From Caldisericota bacterium (GTDB taxonomy: Bacteria; Caldisericota; JANLFM01), in NCBI GenBank assembly GCA_024655965.1, contig JANLFL010000006.1, positions 879 to 64,878 on the forward strand: a stretch of 64,000 bases of DNA. Reading direction: 5' to 3'. A program made the translations under genes and the position numbers. Each line of letters begins with the position of its first letter. Positions within the stretch are counted from its first letter, which is position 1. Of this stretch, positions 11,007 through 20,521 are shown piece by piece. The notes beneath the pieces are model-generated. The model searched no databases, was not told where the DNA came from, and saw only the letters and a program-made list of their open reading frames with translations.

Positions 11007-11378
11007 ATGGCGCGAATTGCAGGAGTTGATTTACCTAAAGAAAAGCGCATTGATATCGCGCTGAGTTACATTTATGGAATTGGACGCCCACTCGCGGCCA
11101 AGATCCTTTCCCAGACCCCCATTGACCCTGGAAAAAGGGTTAAGGACTTGACCGAAAGCGAGGTCAACCTCTTGAGGGATATTATTTCCAAAAACTGCAA
11201 GGTGGAGGGGGACCTTCGCAAGGAGGTCGCTCAGAACATCCGCCGCTTGATTGAAATCGGCTCCTACCGGGGGTTGAGGCACAAGAGGGGAATGCCCGTT
11301 CGGGGTCAACGAACAAGGACCAACGCTCGCACTCGAAAAGGACCAAAGAGGACCGTGGGCGTAAAGAGAGGAAAATAA
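11007..11378 (+). CDS. rpsM: 30S ribosomal protein S13
   Basis: [26 protein letters not shown]...[10 protein letters not shown]. Confidence 0.96.
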   Translation: MARIAGVDLPKEKRIDIALSYIYGIGRPLAAKILSQTPIDPGKRVKDLTESEVNLLRDIISKNCKVEGDLRKEVAQNIRRLIEIGSYRGLRHKRGMPVRGQRTRTNARTRKGPKRTVGVKRGK

Positions 11379-11400
11379 TGTTTAGGAGGAACATTGCCAT

Positions 11401-11790
11401 ATGGTGACTCCCAAAGGGAGTAAGAAAAGAAAAGAGAAAAAGGTAATTCCTTACGGACTGGCTCATATCCATGCCAGTTTCAATAACACCATCGTTACCA
11501 TCACCGACCCCTCAGGGAACGTGATTTCCTGGGCATCCGCTGGTTCCGTGGGATTTAAGGGAACCAGGAAGGGCACTCCTTACGCTGCCCAGATGACCGC
11601 TGAAACGGCTGCCAAGAAAGCGATGGACCATGGAGTGAGGCAGGTCGATGTTCTGGTCAAGGGACCTGGCGTTGGCCGGGAGACGGCTATCCGATCTCTT
11701 CAAGTTGCTGGTTTAGAAATCAACTCCATTAAAGACGTGACCCCCATCCCTCACAATGGATGCCGTCCCCCCAAGAGAAGGAGAATGTAG
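11401..11790 (+). CDS. rpsK: 30S ribosomal protein S11
   Basis: [30 protein letters not shown]...[14 protein letters not shown]. Confidence 0.96.
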   Translation: MVTPKGSKKRKEKKVIPYGLAHIHASFNNTIVTITDPSGNVISWASAGSVGFKGTRKGTPYAAQMTAETAAKKAMDHGVRQVDVLVKGPGVGRETAIRSLQVAGLEINSIKDVTPIPHNGCRPPKRRRM

Positions 11791-11802
11791 GAGGTTTGAA
11801 AA

Positions 11803-12432
11803 GTGTCAAGATATAACGATCCAGATTGCCGCCTTTGTCGCCGGGAGTTAGTAAAACTTTATCTTAAAGGAAACCGCTGTTTCTCCTTGAAATGTCCCCT
11901 GGAGAAAAAATCGCAGCTCCCCGGACAACACGGTGCCGCAAGGAAAAAGCTCTCAGAATATGCTCTCCGCTTAAGGGAGAAACAGAAACTTCGCCGCTAT
12001 TACGGAGTCCTCGAAAGGCAATTCCGCAGGTATTTTGATATTGCTACCAGACAGAGGGAAATTCCCACAGGTACCAGGCTTCTTCAACTCCTTGAGCTGC
12101 GGCTGGATAATGTCGTTTACCGTTTGGGCTTTGCACCATCCCGAAGTGCTGCCCATCAATTAGTGAGCCATGGGCATTTCCTGGTTAATGGGAAGTCGAC
12201 GAATATCCCTTCCTATTCTTTAAAACCCGGGGATGTTGTCGAGCTTAAACCTGGTTCCCGGGATATCCCCATGGTCCTCGAGGGGCTTGAACAAGTCAAA
12301 AGCCAGAGGATTCCTGAATGGTTGAGGCTTGATCCTGAGAACTTCCGGGCTGAAGTTGTCGCTTTACCCTCCAGGGAGCAGATCGATGCCCCGGTTCAGG
12401 AACAGCTGGTAGTGGAGTTCTACTCGAGATAA
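11803..12432 (+). CDS. rpsD: 30S ribosomal protein S4
   Basis: GTG start. CRLCRRE...[19 protein letters not shown], with an S4 RNA-binding domain. Confidence 0.95.
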   Translation: MSRYNDPDCRLCRRELVKLYLKGNRCFSLKCPLEKKSQLPGQHGAARKKLSEYALRLREKQKLRRYYGVLERQFRRYFDIATRQREIPTGTRLLQLLELRLDNVVYRLGFAPSRSAAHQLVSHGHFLVNGKSTNIPSYSLKPGDVVELKPGSRDIPMVLEGLEQVKSQRIPEWLRLDPENFRAEVVALPSREQIDAPVQEQLVVEFYSR

Positions 12433-12446
12433 AGGGGAGGTTTCCT

Positions 12447-13364
12447 TTGCTTAAATTAGAAAAACCAATTATTGAAGTCGTTGAAAGCGGCGAGGATTTC
12501 GGCCACTTTCTCATAAGCCCTCTGGAAAAGGGGTATGGAATGACCCTGGGGAACGCTTTAAGGAGGGTTCTCCTTTCTTCCATTCCGGGGGCTGCTGTTA
12601 CTGCAGTTCAGATCGATGGAGTGCTTCATGAGTTCTCCACAGTGCCAGGAGTGAGAGAAGACGTTTCGGAGATCATCCTTAACCTGAAGTCCCTGGTCCT
12701 GCGCTCCCGGGCACCGGAAACAAAAATCCTTTACCTTGAGGCAAAGGGTGAAGGAGAGGTAAAAGCTTCGGATATTGAGGAAGATTCCGAGGTGGACATT
12801 TTAAACCCGGAACTTCACATTGCCACCCTTGACACCCCTGAGGCCAATCTCCGTATGCAGATTTATGTTCAGCAGGGAAAAGGTTACGTTCCTGCGGAAC
12901 AGAACAAAAAGGCAAACTTTCCCATTGGGGTGATCGCGGTGGACTCCTTCTTTTCTCCGGTCAAGCAGGTTTCCTTCAATATCACTCCCACAAGGGTTGG
13001 CCAGGCAATTGAGTACGACAAGCTGGAGCTGAAAATATGGACCAATAGAGCGACTTCTCCTTTTGACGCCCTGACCCATGCTGCCCAGATTCTTGTGGAC
13101 CACTTCACCATTGTTCTGGAATTAAAGAAGGCTGCAGGAAAGGAAATGATTCACGTCAACCTCCTGGATATCCCTCTTGATAAACTTCACCTTTCCGTTC
13201 GATCCTATAACGCTCTATCTTCAGCAAATATCAGGACCACGGGGGAATTAATTACCAAAAGCGAGGATGAGCTTTTGGGGATAAAGAACCTCGGAAAGCG
13301 CTCCCTCGAAGAGATCAAGCTCAAGCTACAGGAACTCGGTTTGAGCCTGAAAGAAGAGGAGTAA
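12447..13364 (+). CDS. rpoA: DNA-directed RNA polymerase subunit alpha
   Basis: TTG start. GHFLISPLEKGYGMTLGNALRRVLLSSIPGAAV. The C-terminal domain contains LSVRSYNAL. Confidence 0.95.
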   Translation: MLKLEKPIIEVVESGEDFGHFLISPLEKGYGMTLGNALRRVLLSSIPGAAVTAVQIDGVLHEFSTVPGVREDVSEIILNLKSLVLRSRAPETKILYLEAKGEGEVKASDIEEDSEVDILNPELHIATLDTPEANLRMQIYVQQGKGYVPAEQNKKANFPIGVIAVDSFFSPVKQVSFNITPTRVGQAIEYDKLELKIWTNRATSPFDALTHAAQILVDHFTIVLELKKAAGKEMIHVNLLDIPLDKLHLSVRSYNALSSANIRTTGELITKSEDELLGIKNLGKRSLEEIKLKLQELGLSLKEEE

Positions 13365-13365
13365 A

Positions 13366-13719
13366 ATGAGACACCTAAAAGACCATAGAAAACTATCAAA
13401 AAGCTCGGGCCCAAGAAGGGCTTTGCTGCGAAATCTTGCCACCAGTTTCTTTTTGAAATCCCGCATCGAAACCACCGAAGAGAAGGCAAAGGAAGCTCAA
13501 AGGGTAGTTGAGGAGCTTATTACCAAAGCAAAGAGTAAAGACCTTTCCACCCAGAGGGAGGTTTTCGCCTTCCTCCTTTCCAAAGAGGCAGGACAACGCC
13601 TTTACTCCACAATTCTTCCCAAAGTCGGAGAGCGTCCTGGGGGGTACACCCGAATCGTAAAAACTGGAAAGAGGAGAGGCGACGGGGCATCCTTGGCTAT
13701 CCTGGAGTTAGTGGAGTAA
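13366..13719 (+). CDS. rplQ: 50S ribosomal protein L17
   Basis: MRHLKDHRKLSKSSGPRRALLRNL...GGYTRIVKTGKRRGDGA. Confidence 0.95.
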   Translation: MRHLKDHRKLSKSSGPRRALLRNLATSFFLKSRIETTEEKAKEAQRVVEELITKAKSKDLSTQREVFAFLLSKEAGQRLYSTILPKVGERPGGYTRIVKTGKRRGDGASLAILELVE

Positions 13720-13720
13720 A

Positions 13721-14566
13721 ATTCCCCCCCTCATTACCCTGAAAGGGGTAAGCTACAGCTACAGGACGGAAAAAGGATCCCCCGTCAATGCGCTTTCTTC
13801 AATCGATCTGGAAATCGAGGCGGGGGATTTTCTATGTATTCTGGGGGCGAATGGGTCGGGGAAATCCACCCTGGCAAAACTCCTTAACGCCCTTATTGTC
13901 CCTTCCAAGGGCCAGGTTCTGGTAGATGGCATTGATACCCGGGATCCCCTTCGGACCTGGGAGATCCGCCAAAAGGTTGGACTGGTCTTCCAGAATCCCG
14001 ACAATCAGATTGTGGGGACGGTGGTGGAGGAGGATATTGCTTTCGGATTGGAAAATCTGGGATTTCCCCCCGCGGAAATTAGAAAAAGGGTGGACTGGGC
14101 ATTGAGTAAAGTGGGCATGCTTTCTTACCGGGAGCACCCTCCACACATGCTTTCCGGGGGTCAGAAACAGCGCGTGGCAATAGCCGGGATTCTGGCAATG
14201 AAGCCTACCTGCATCGTCCTCGACGAGCCAACCAGCCTTCTCGATCCCCGGGGAAGGTCCGAGGTGCGGGAGATTTTACAGGAGCTTAATCGGGAAGGAA
14301 TCACCATTGTCTTGATCACCCATTTAATTGAGGAAGCCATTCTCTCCAAAAAAGTTCTGGTTTTGGACCAGGGGAGGATTGCGTTGGCAGGAACCCCGGA
14401 GGATGTTTTGAGCAAAAGCCAGGAGCTTAAGACCTTTCATCTCGAACCGCCTTTGACTGTGAGGCTGGTCCAGGCCCTCCGGGGGAATGGGATCCATTTT
14501 TCAAAACAGGTGATGCCTCTCGAGGAACTAAAGAAAGCCCTATGCGAATTGAGGCAAAAGACCTAA
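13721..14566 (+). CDS. ecfA1: Energy-coupling-factor transporter ATPase EcfA1. The start is uncertain and no canonical start codon is available.
   Basis: The frame is open from the TAG at 13709-13711. It reads IPPLITLKGVSYSY...ILGANGSGKSTL (Walker A)...LSGGQKQRVAIAG...IVLDEPTS. The ORF track starts only at M14012, which is downstream of Walker A. A start at the ATT at 13721, 4 nt after GGAG, gives a typical 281 aa. Confidence 0.8.
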   Translation: MPPLITLKGVSYSYRTEKGSPVNALSSIDLEIEAGDFLCILGANGSGKSTLAKLLNALIVPSKGQVLVDGIDTRDPLRTWEIRQKVGLVFQNPDNQIVGTVVEEDIAFGLENLGFPPAEIRKRVDWALSKVGMLSYREHPPHMLSGGQKQRVAIAGILAMKPTCIVLDEPTSLLDPRGRSEVREILQELNREGITIVLITHLIEEAILSKKVLVLDQGRIALAGTPEDVLSKSQELKTFHLEPPLTVRLVQALRGNGIHFSKQVMPLEELKKALCELRQKT

Positions 14567-15402
14567 CCTATATTTATGGCGCAGGGCTCCCCTGGGAGAG
14601 AAAAGCCCTCGATGGGGTTTCCTTCAGCGTTGAGGAAGGGGAGTTTGTTGGCTTAATAGGGGAGACGGGAAGCGGAAAGTCAACTCTCGTACAGATCCTG
14701 AATGGCATTCTTCGCCCAACGGCCGGGGAGGTTCTTTTAGACGGGATCAACATCTTTAAAGAAAAAGCCCTTTTATCCAAAGTCCGCTTTCAGATCGGGC
14801 TAATTTTTCAATTTCCCGAGCAACAGTTGTTCGCGGAAACGGTTTTTGAGGATGTAGCTTTTGGCCCAAGGAACATGGGGCTTGGACCGGAAGAGGTTTC
14901 CCGGAGGGTGGAGGAAGCACTCCTGAAGGTTGGGTTAAATCCTCTTCAATTCAGGAACCGGTCACCCTTCAGCCTTTCAGGAGGGGAAAAGAGGCTTGTT
15001 GCCATAGCTGGTGTCCTGGCGATGAAGCCCCGGGTTTTAATCCTAGACGAGGTCACTGCGGGGCTGGACCCCAAAGGGAAGAAGGAGATCCTGGCGCGTA
15101 TTCAGCTTTTACACCAGAAAGAAAAGGCCACTATCATTATGGTCTCTCACGATATGGATGAAATCTCCGCCCTGGCTCAAAAAATCATCATTTTGAAGGG
15201 GGGGCGGGTTGTCCTTTCCGGTACCCCCGAGGAAGTGTTCTCCCGGGGAGAGGTAATTGAAGCGCAAGGCCTTGCGCTTCCCACCATCCCCAAACTTTTT
15301 TACTCGCTCAAACAATGCGGTTGGGACCTCCCCGCAACTGTTCTGGATTTGAAAGAAGCCTGCAGATTGATCAAGAAGGAGTTAACCCGTGCCTCTGGCT
15401 GA
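14542..15402 (+). CDS. ecfA2: Energy-coupling-factor transporter ATPase EcfA2
   Basis: GETGSGKSTL, LSGGEKRLVAIAG and LILDEVTAGLD. Follows ecfA1 and precedes ecfT. Confidence 0.92.
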   Translation: MRIEAKDLTYIYGAGLPWERKALDGVSFSVEEGEFVGLIGETGSGKSTLVQILNGILRPTAGEVLLDGINIFKEKALLSKVRFQIGLIFQFPEQQLFAETVFEDVAFGPRNMGLGPEEVSRRVEEALLKVGLNPLQFRNRSPFSLSGGEKRLVAIAGVLAMKPRVLILDEVTAGLDPKGKKEILARIQLLHQKEKATIIMVSHDMDEISALAQKIIILKGGRVVLSGTPEEVFSRGEVIEAQGLALPTIPKLFYSLKQCGWDLPATVLDLKEACRLIKKELTRASG

Positions 15403-15403
15403 A

Positions 15404-16210
15404 ATGGTCACCCTGGGCCAATACGTTCCCGGGACATCTTTCCTCCATCGAATGGACCCCAGGGTTAAATCGCTTCTTGCCGTATTTTTCCTGACCGTCC
15501 TTTTTTTCATCAACAAGATTTCAGGGTATATTTTCTTCCTTTTCTTCCTGTTCCTTCTCGTAGAGCTCTGCGGGATCTCCTTGAAATACCTTTTTAAAGG
15601 TTTAAGGCCAATTTTGATTTTGATTCTATTTACCCTTGTCGCCCAGGGACTATTCAGCGGTGAGGGAAGGATCCTCTTCTCCTGGGGAATAATCACCGTT
15701 TCGGATGTGGGTTTATGGAAAGCAATTTTCATGAGCATGCGCCTTGCGATGCTCGTTTTTGTCACTACCCTGTTAACACTCGTAACTTCACCCATCGATC
15801 TGACAGATGGCATGGACAGGATGCTCTCCTTCCTCACCCATTTGCGAATTCCCATTCATGAGGTCTCCATGATGATGACCATCGCCTTACGCTTCATTCC
15901 CACCCTGCTCGATGAAACTGATAAAATAATTAAAGCCCAAATTTCCCGGGGAGCACCCTTGGACCGGGGCAATATCTTTAAACGCCTGAGGGCTTTAATT
16001 TCCGTTTTCATCCCCTTGTTCGTTTCAGCCTTCAGGAGGGCGGATGAGTTAGCAATGGCCATGGAATCAAGGTGCTATAGAGGAGGGAAGGGAAGGACTC
16101 GCATGAAAGAGATGCGGGTTTCCCCGCTGGATTTATGGGGGTCCCTGGTTGCCATCCTCGCGGGTTTTCTTTCCATCCTTTTGAACTTTCTGCCTTACTG
16201 GTTCTTATGA
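15404..16210 (+). CDS. ecfT: Energy-coupling-factor transporter transmembrane subunit EcfT
   Basis: Polytopic, with the conserved RFIPTLLDE...I..AQ.SRG motif. The ATG at 15404 is preferred. The GTG at 15389 is an alternative start. Confidence 0.9.
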   Translation: MVTLGQYVPGTSFLHRMDPRVKSLLAVFFLTVLFFINKISGYIFFLFFLFLLVELCGISLKYLFKGLRPILILILFTLVAQGLFSGEGRILFSWGIITVSDVGLWKAIFMSMRLAMLVFVTTLLTLVTSPIDLTDGMDRMLSFLTHLRIPIHEVSMMMTIALRFIPTLLDETDKIIKAQISRGAPLDRGNIFKRLRALISVFIPLFVSAFRRADELAMAMESRCYRGGKGRTRMKEMRVSPLDLWGSLVAILAGFLSILLNFLPYWFL

Positions 16211-16941
16211 GGAACATCCTTTTAGATCTCTCTTACCTGGGGACATATTTTTTTGGTTTCCAGAAGCAAAAGAATGCCTTAACCGTTCAGGGCTTATTGG
16301 AAAAAACCTTGGAGGACATCACTGGTGAGAAAGTGAAAGTGGTGGGATCTGGGAGGACGGATCGTGGTGTTCACGCCCTCTCGCAAATTTGCAACTTCCA
16401 TACCAATTCTCGCTTGACCCCCCAAGAATTTGAAAAAGCTTTGAATTCCCTGCTTCCCCCCCAAATTCGCGTGAACCACGCTCTTGAGGTTGATGAAAAT
16501 TTTCACTCCCGGATATGCGCAAAGGGGAAAATTTACTGCTACTTTGTCTGGACGGACCGGATTCTCCCTCCTTTCCTTTTGAATTTTGCTTTCCATTTCC
16601 CCTTTTCCTTGGATTCTGAGAGGATGAGGGCCTCCCTTAATGAAATAAAGGGGAAACACGATTTCAGCTCCTTCGCCAAAGCAGGAAGCTTCAAGGGAAA
16701 CCCCCTGAGGGAAATAAAAAGAGCGGAACTGGTTGAGGACCCACCCCTATTATGCTTCCTCTTCGAGGGGTCAGGATTCCTTCAGCACATGGTGAGGGCG
16801 ATAGTGGGAACAATCCTCGAGGTGGGAAGAGGGAAGTCAAACCGGGGGGAGATTTTGGAGATATTAAAAAGAAAAGACCGCCGCTTGGCAGGCCCCACGG
16901 TTCCCCCTGAGGGCTTATTCCTGGTGAAAGTCCTGTATTGA
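16207..16941 (+). CDS. truA: tRNA pseudouridine(38-40) synthase TruA
   Basis: MRNILLDLSYLGTYFFGFQKQ...GSGRTDRGVHAL (catalytic Asp motif). ATGA overlap with ecfT. The ORF-track start at 16135 lies inside ecfT. Confidence 0.92.
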   Translation: MRNILLDLSYLGTYFFGFQKQKNALTVQGLLEKTLEDITGEKVKVVGSGRTDRGVHALSQICNFHTNSRLTPQEFEKALNSLLPPQIRVNHALEVDENFHSRICAKGKIYCYFVWTDRILPPFLLNFAFHFPFSLDSERMRASLNEIKGKHDFSSFAKAGSFKGNPLREIKRAELVEDPPLLCFLFEGSGFLQHMVRAIVGTILEVGRGKSNRGEILEILKRKDRRLAGPTVPPEGLFLVKVLY

Positions 16942-16974
16942 ACTTCCCGGAGATAAGGGAAATGATATTGGGGA

Positions 16975-19212
16975 ATGTCTGAGACCTCCCAGAATCAAAA
17001 CAGGAAAAATTTCCTTTTAGTCCGGACCGAAAGGCTCGGGGTAGGGGAAATCTGGGCCCTTCCTATCTCCCAGGTGGGAGGGGAAAGCAAGGAACCTCGG
17101 GAAAGTCCCCTTCCTTTAATTGAATACCAGGAGGAGAAATTCAAGGGGGGAATTCGATTAACCCCGGACGAGGTCATCAGGAAAGGAAGCGCAAGATTAA
17201 AAGGGCTTCTGGAAGAAGATGACTTCCCCACTATCGATTTTCCGGTGGGGGATGGGGAAGAATTACCTGCTTTATTTTTTGAATTCCTCGTGCACTGGGG
17301 TTTCCCCGGAGGGGTAGTTGGCGGTTACGAGGTTCTCCCCAAAGCTGCATCCTTCCTGGAACAGTTTTTAAGGGCAAACCCCGGCTGCCAGGTGATGGTC
17401 ACGGGGCCCAAGAGATCCCTGGCAATCCTCGGAGATTTTTTAAAAAAAAGCGAGGGAGTTTTTCTTCTCTCGCCCAATGAAGTGGAGGAGTGGAAAGGGA
17501 GCTATTCGTTGAGCTTCCTCCTTATCCTTGATGCCGAACAAGGGGTGAATTATGCTACCCCCTACTTTTTTTCCTTACTAAAAATCCCAAGGAGGATCTC
17601 CTTTGCTCAATTCAATTCCAAGGGGTTTTTGCGGACTTCAAAAAAGGAAGCTTTATCGAAGATTTTTGGGGTTTCTTACTATTCCGTCATCTGGGATTTT
17701 TGCATTCTCGACCGGAACTCTTCCTTCTTTTTTCAGCCAAGAAGTTATTCCTTCCTCGAGAGACAACCGATCTCCTTGACCTTCGCCGAGTTCACCTTGA
17801 AGGATGGCTCGACTTTGGAAGTGACTATCCCTCCTAAGGCTCAGGTTCCTCAGGTGGTTTCCCTTCCTCCCGGAAAGTCCTTTTTGGAGGAAGGCGAGGC
17901 TCTGGCTTCCAGGGAGGGGGAAAAGGCCGAGTTCGTTCCTTTCCGCAAGTACTTCCCCACCTATTCAGACCTGAGCGATTCTCAATTGAGGTGGTACCTT
18001 TTTTGGAGGACACAGGCAAGAAAGGGGGAATACCTCGAAACCGATCTTTCCTACCTTTTCCTTTTTTCCTATGAGCTGATCAACTGCATCGGGCAGGAAA
18101 GTCCCTTCCAGGGTTACCAGAAGCTCAAGGAATTGTGGAGGAACTACCGGGAGGATTTTCCTCGATTGGACAATTATTTGATCGACTGGATTGTGGATTT
18201 CTCCATCGTTTATTCCTGCCCCGTGAACCCTCTTGAGACCTATAAGGAAGCCTTGAATTTTGGGGTGGTGAAGAATCCCGACCTCCTGATTGAGGAATTT
18301 TTGAGGGATGGAGCGGAGGAGATCCCCCTGGTCCTCCTTGAGGAATTATCCTTTTACAAGTTTTTAAAGAGCCCCTTCTTCAAAAAATTCCCAGAACCGG
18401 AAGTCGCAGAAAGGTTCAGAAGGGCCTTTTGGAGAATTGATGATTTTTTTAAGGAGTCCACAAATTCGGGGATTTTCGAAAAGTTCCGTCCTCCCTCAAA
18501 AATAAAGGTTAGGAGATTCCCTTTTCAGGGAGCCCTTTGGGGAAAGGAGAAGCTGGAGATGATCACCCTTGGGGAAGCTCATCCTTATTCCCGTTTCTCC
18601 CCTCTGGCTAATTTTTTTACCTCGATTTTTAAAGAAATTGAAAACTGCTTGAGGGAAAAATACCGGTTTCCCGGAAGATTGGGGGACTCGGGGCTTCCTC
18701 CGGACATCAGGAGATTTATCAGGGAAGCGATTTTTGAGGAAATCCCCCGACCTCACCAACCCCGGAGAGTTGATGAAGAAGTGGTAAGGAGGCTCCTTAA
18801 GGAATCGGAGGAAGTTCGGGAGTTGATTCAGCGATTCTCGTCCTCCAGGGATTATGAGGTTACCCAATCTTCAGGGGAGGAACTCCCAAATTCCTTTCCT
18901 GAGGCTGAAGAGGCTCCTTTTCCTGGGGTTTCCAGCGAATGGCGGCTCTTTGCTGGAAGGCTCAAGCCTTTTCAAAGGGAGGTTCTTCGGGCTTTATTGA
19001 AAGAGGATGACCCTATTCCTCTGATCGTAAGAATTTCGCGGGAAAATGGAATTATGCCCGAGGCCCTTTTGGATTCCTTAAACGAGATTTCCCTGGAGGC
19101 AGTTGGCGACCTCATCCTGGATGGCAATTCCACCCCGCCGGTGATCTTCGAGGAGAACAGGGATATAATTAAACAAATTCTTTCGATCTTTGGCGAGGAT
19201 GAACGCTCTTAA
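16975..19212 (+). CDS. sngA: TerB-N/TerB-C domain protein (Shango SngA-like) with an uncharacterised N-terminal region of about 320 aa
   Basis: aa 320-370 read FVPFRKYFPTYSDLSDSQLRWYLFWRTQARKGEYLETDLSYLFLFSYELIN, which matches my recollection of the TerB_N signature. The C-terminus reads RRLLKESEEVRELI...MPEALLDSLNEISLEAVGDLILD, which is TerB_C-like. It is the first gene of a coupled triad. The domain call is from memory of the family motifs, not from a search. Confidence 0.75.
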   Translation: MSETSQNQNRKNFLLVRTERLGVGEIWALPISQVGGESKEPRESPLPLIEYQEEKFKGGIRLTPDEVIRKGSARLKGLLEEDDFPTIDFPVGDGEELPALFFEFLVHWGFPGGVVGGYEVLPKAASFLEQFLRANPGCQVMVTGPKRSLAILGDFLKKSEGVFLLSPNEVEEWKGSYSLSFLLILDAEQGVNYATPYFFSLLKIPRRISFAQFNSKGFLRTSKKEALSKIFGVSYYSVIWDFCILDRNSSFFFQPRSYSFLERQPISLTFAEFTLKDGSTLEVTIPPKAQVPQVVSLPPGKSFLEEGEALASREGEKAEFVPFRKYFPTYSDLSDSQLRWYLFWRTQARKGEYLETDLSYLFLFSYELINCIGQESPFQGYQKLKELWRNYREDFPRLDNYLIDWIVDFSIVYSCPVNPLETYKEALNFGVVKNPDLLIEEFLRDGAEEIPLVLLEELSFYKFLKSPFFKKFPEPEVAERFRRAFWRIDDFFKESTNSGIFEKFRPPSKIKVRRFPFQGALWGKEKLEMITLGEAHPYSRFSPLANFFTSIFKEIENCLREKYRFPGRLGDSGLPPDIRRFIREAIFEEIPRPHQPRRVDEEVVRRLLKESEEVRELIQRFSSSRDYEVTQSSGEELPNSFPEAEEAPFPGVSSEWRLFAGRLKPFQREVLRALLKEDDPIPLIVRISRENGIMPEALLDSLNEISLEAVGDLILDGNSTPPVIFEENRDIIKQILSIFGEDERS

Positions 19213-20521
19213 GATTCCCAGGAGAATATCCACGGCAATTCTAAATTCCCTCAACTCGGGAGTGGTCCCCCGGATTGGGCTGGAATATTTCGCTGTGGGT
19301 AGGAAGAAGGAAACGGAAGCCCTTCTCTCTGACCTGGAAAGTGTTGGCCAGGGGGGTTCAATATTTCGAATGATCGTGGGGAGATACGGTTCCGGGAAAA
19401 GTTTCCTGCTGAATCTCCTTCGAAACCTGGCCCTTGACCAGGGCTTTGTAGTCATGGATTGTGACCTTTCTCTGGAGCGCCGTCTTTCCGGGTCCAATAG
19501 GGAAGGCCTGAACACCTACCGGGAACTGGTTAAGAACCTTTCCTTGAAAACCAGGCCGGAAGGTGGTGGCCTCCCGGTTATTCTGGAGAGGTGGATTTCC
19601 AGTCTTCAAACCGAAGTGCTTAAAAGGACCGGCCTTTCCCCCCAGGATCCCCGATTTTCCCTTGAATTGGAAAGGGAAGTTTTCCAGACCGTGGGGGAAC
19701 TGGAAGACCTGGTGCACGGTTTCGACTTTGCCACCGTGGTCAATTCCTACTGGAAAGGCTACCTGGCGGGGGATGAAGAATTAAAGACCAACAGCCTGAG
19801 GTGGCTCCGTGGGGAGTATGATTACCGGGTCCAAGCCCGGGAGGCCCTGGGGGTGAGAGTGATCATCGACGAGGATAGCTGGTACGATTATTTGAAACTC
19901 TTCAGCCAGTTCGTTGTCAGGATCGGTTATAAGGGTTTGCTCGTCCTTTTTGATGAGGTGGGAAACCTGTACAAGATCAGTCATTATATCTCAAGGCAGA
20001 ACAATTACGAGAAATTGCTTTTCATTTTCAATGACACAACCCAAGGGAAAGCCTCCAATTTCGGAGTTTTCATGGCTGGAACCCCCCAGTTTCTGGAGGA
20101 CACCCGGAGAGGGCTTTTCAGCTATGAAGCCCTTCGTTCCCGGTTAAGCCCATCGAGGGTTTTGGATTCCGAACTTTTAACTTCTTCTGGACCGGTGATC
20201 AGGCTTCAAGTCCTATCATTTGAGGAAATCTTCGTCCTTCTGGGGAAGGTTCAGGAAATCTACTCCTCCCATTATTCTGTTCCTCCAATTCTTTCAAGCT
20301 CCGAAATCCAGGCTTTCCTGAACGAGATCTCCCGAAGGCTTGGCTCAAGGGATTTCCTCACTCCCCGGGAGGTCACCCGGGATTTCCTTTCCTTGCTGGA
20401 TACTTTAAGACTCAAGCCTGAGGTTAAATTTGAACAGATCATCACCTCCCCGGATTTTCAGCCTTCGAGAGAGGAGGGACAGAGGAAGCCGGGGGACGAC
20501 CTGGAGGACATCCTGTTATGA
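19199..20521 (+). CDS. sngB: DUF2791/BrxC-D-like P-loop ATPase (Shango SngB-like)
   Basis: Walker A is GRYGSGKS (nt 19378-19401). Walker B is LLVLFDEVGNL. The N-terminus RISTAILNSLNSGVVPRIGLEYFAVGRKKE is typical of the family. The start is the ATG at 19199 or the TTG at 19190, so the gene overlaps the upstream gene by 14-23 nt. Confidence 0.75.
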   Translation: MNALKIPRRISTAILNSLNSGVVPRIGLEYFAVGRKKETEALLSDLESVGQGGSIFRMIVGRYGSGKSFLLNLLRNLALDQGFVVMDCDLSLERRLSGSNREGLNTYRELVKNLSLKTRPEGGGLPVILERWISSLQTEVLKRTGLSPQDPRFSLELEREVFQTVGELEDLVHGFDFATVVNSYWKGYLAGDEELKTNSLRWLRGEYDYRVQAREALGVRVIIDEDSWYDYLKLFSQFVVRIGYKGLLVLFDEVGNLYKISHYISRQNNYEKLLFIFNDTTQGKASNFGVFMAGTPQFLEDTRRGLFSYEALRSRLSPSRVLDSELLTSSGPVIRLQVLSFEEIFVLLGKVQEIYSSHYSVPPILSSSEIQAFLNEISRRLGSRDFLTPREVTRDFLSLLDTLRLKPEVKFEQIITSPDFQPSREEGQRKPGDDLEDILL

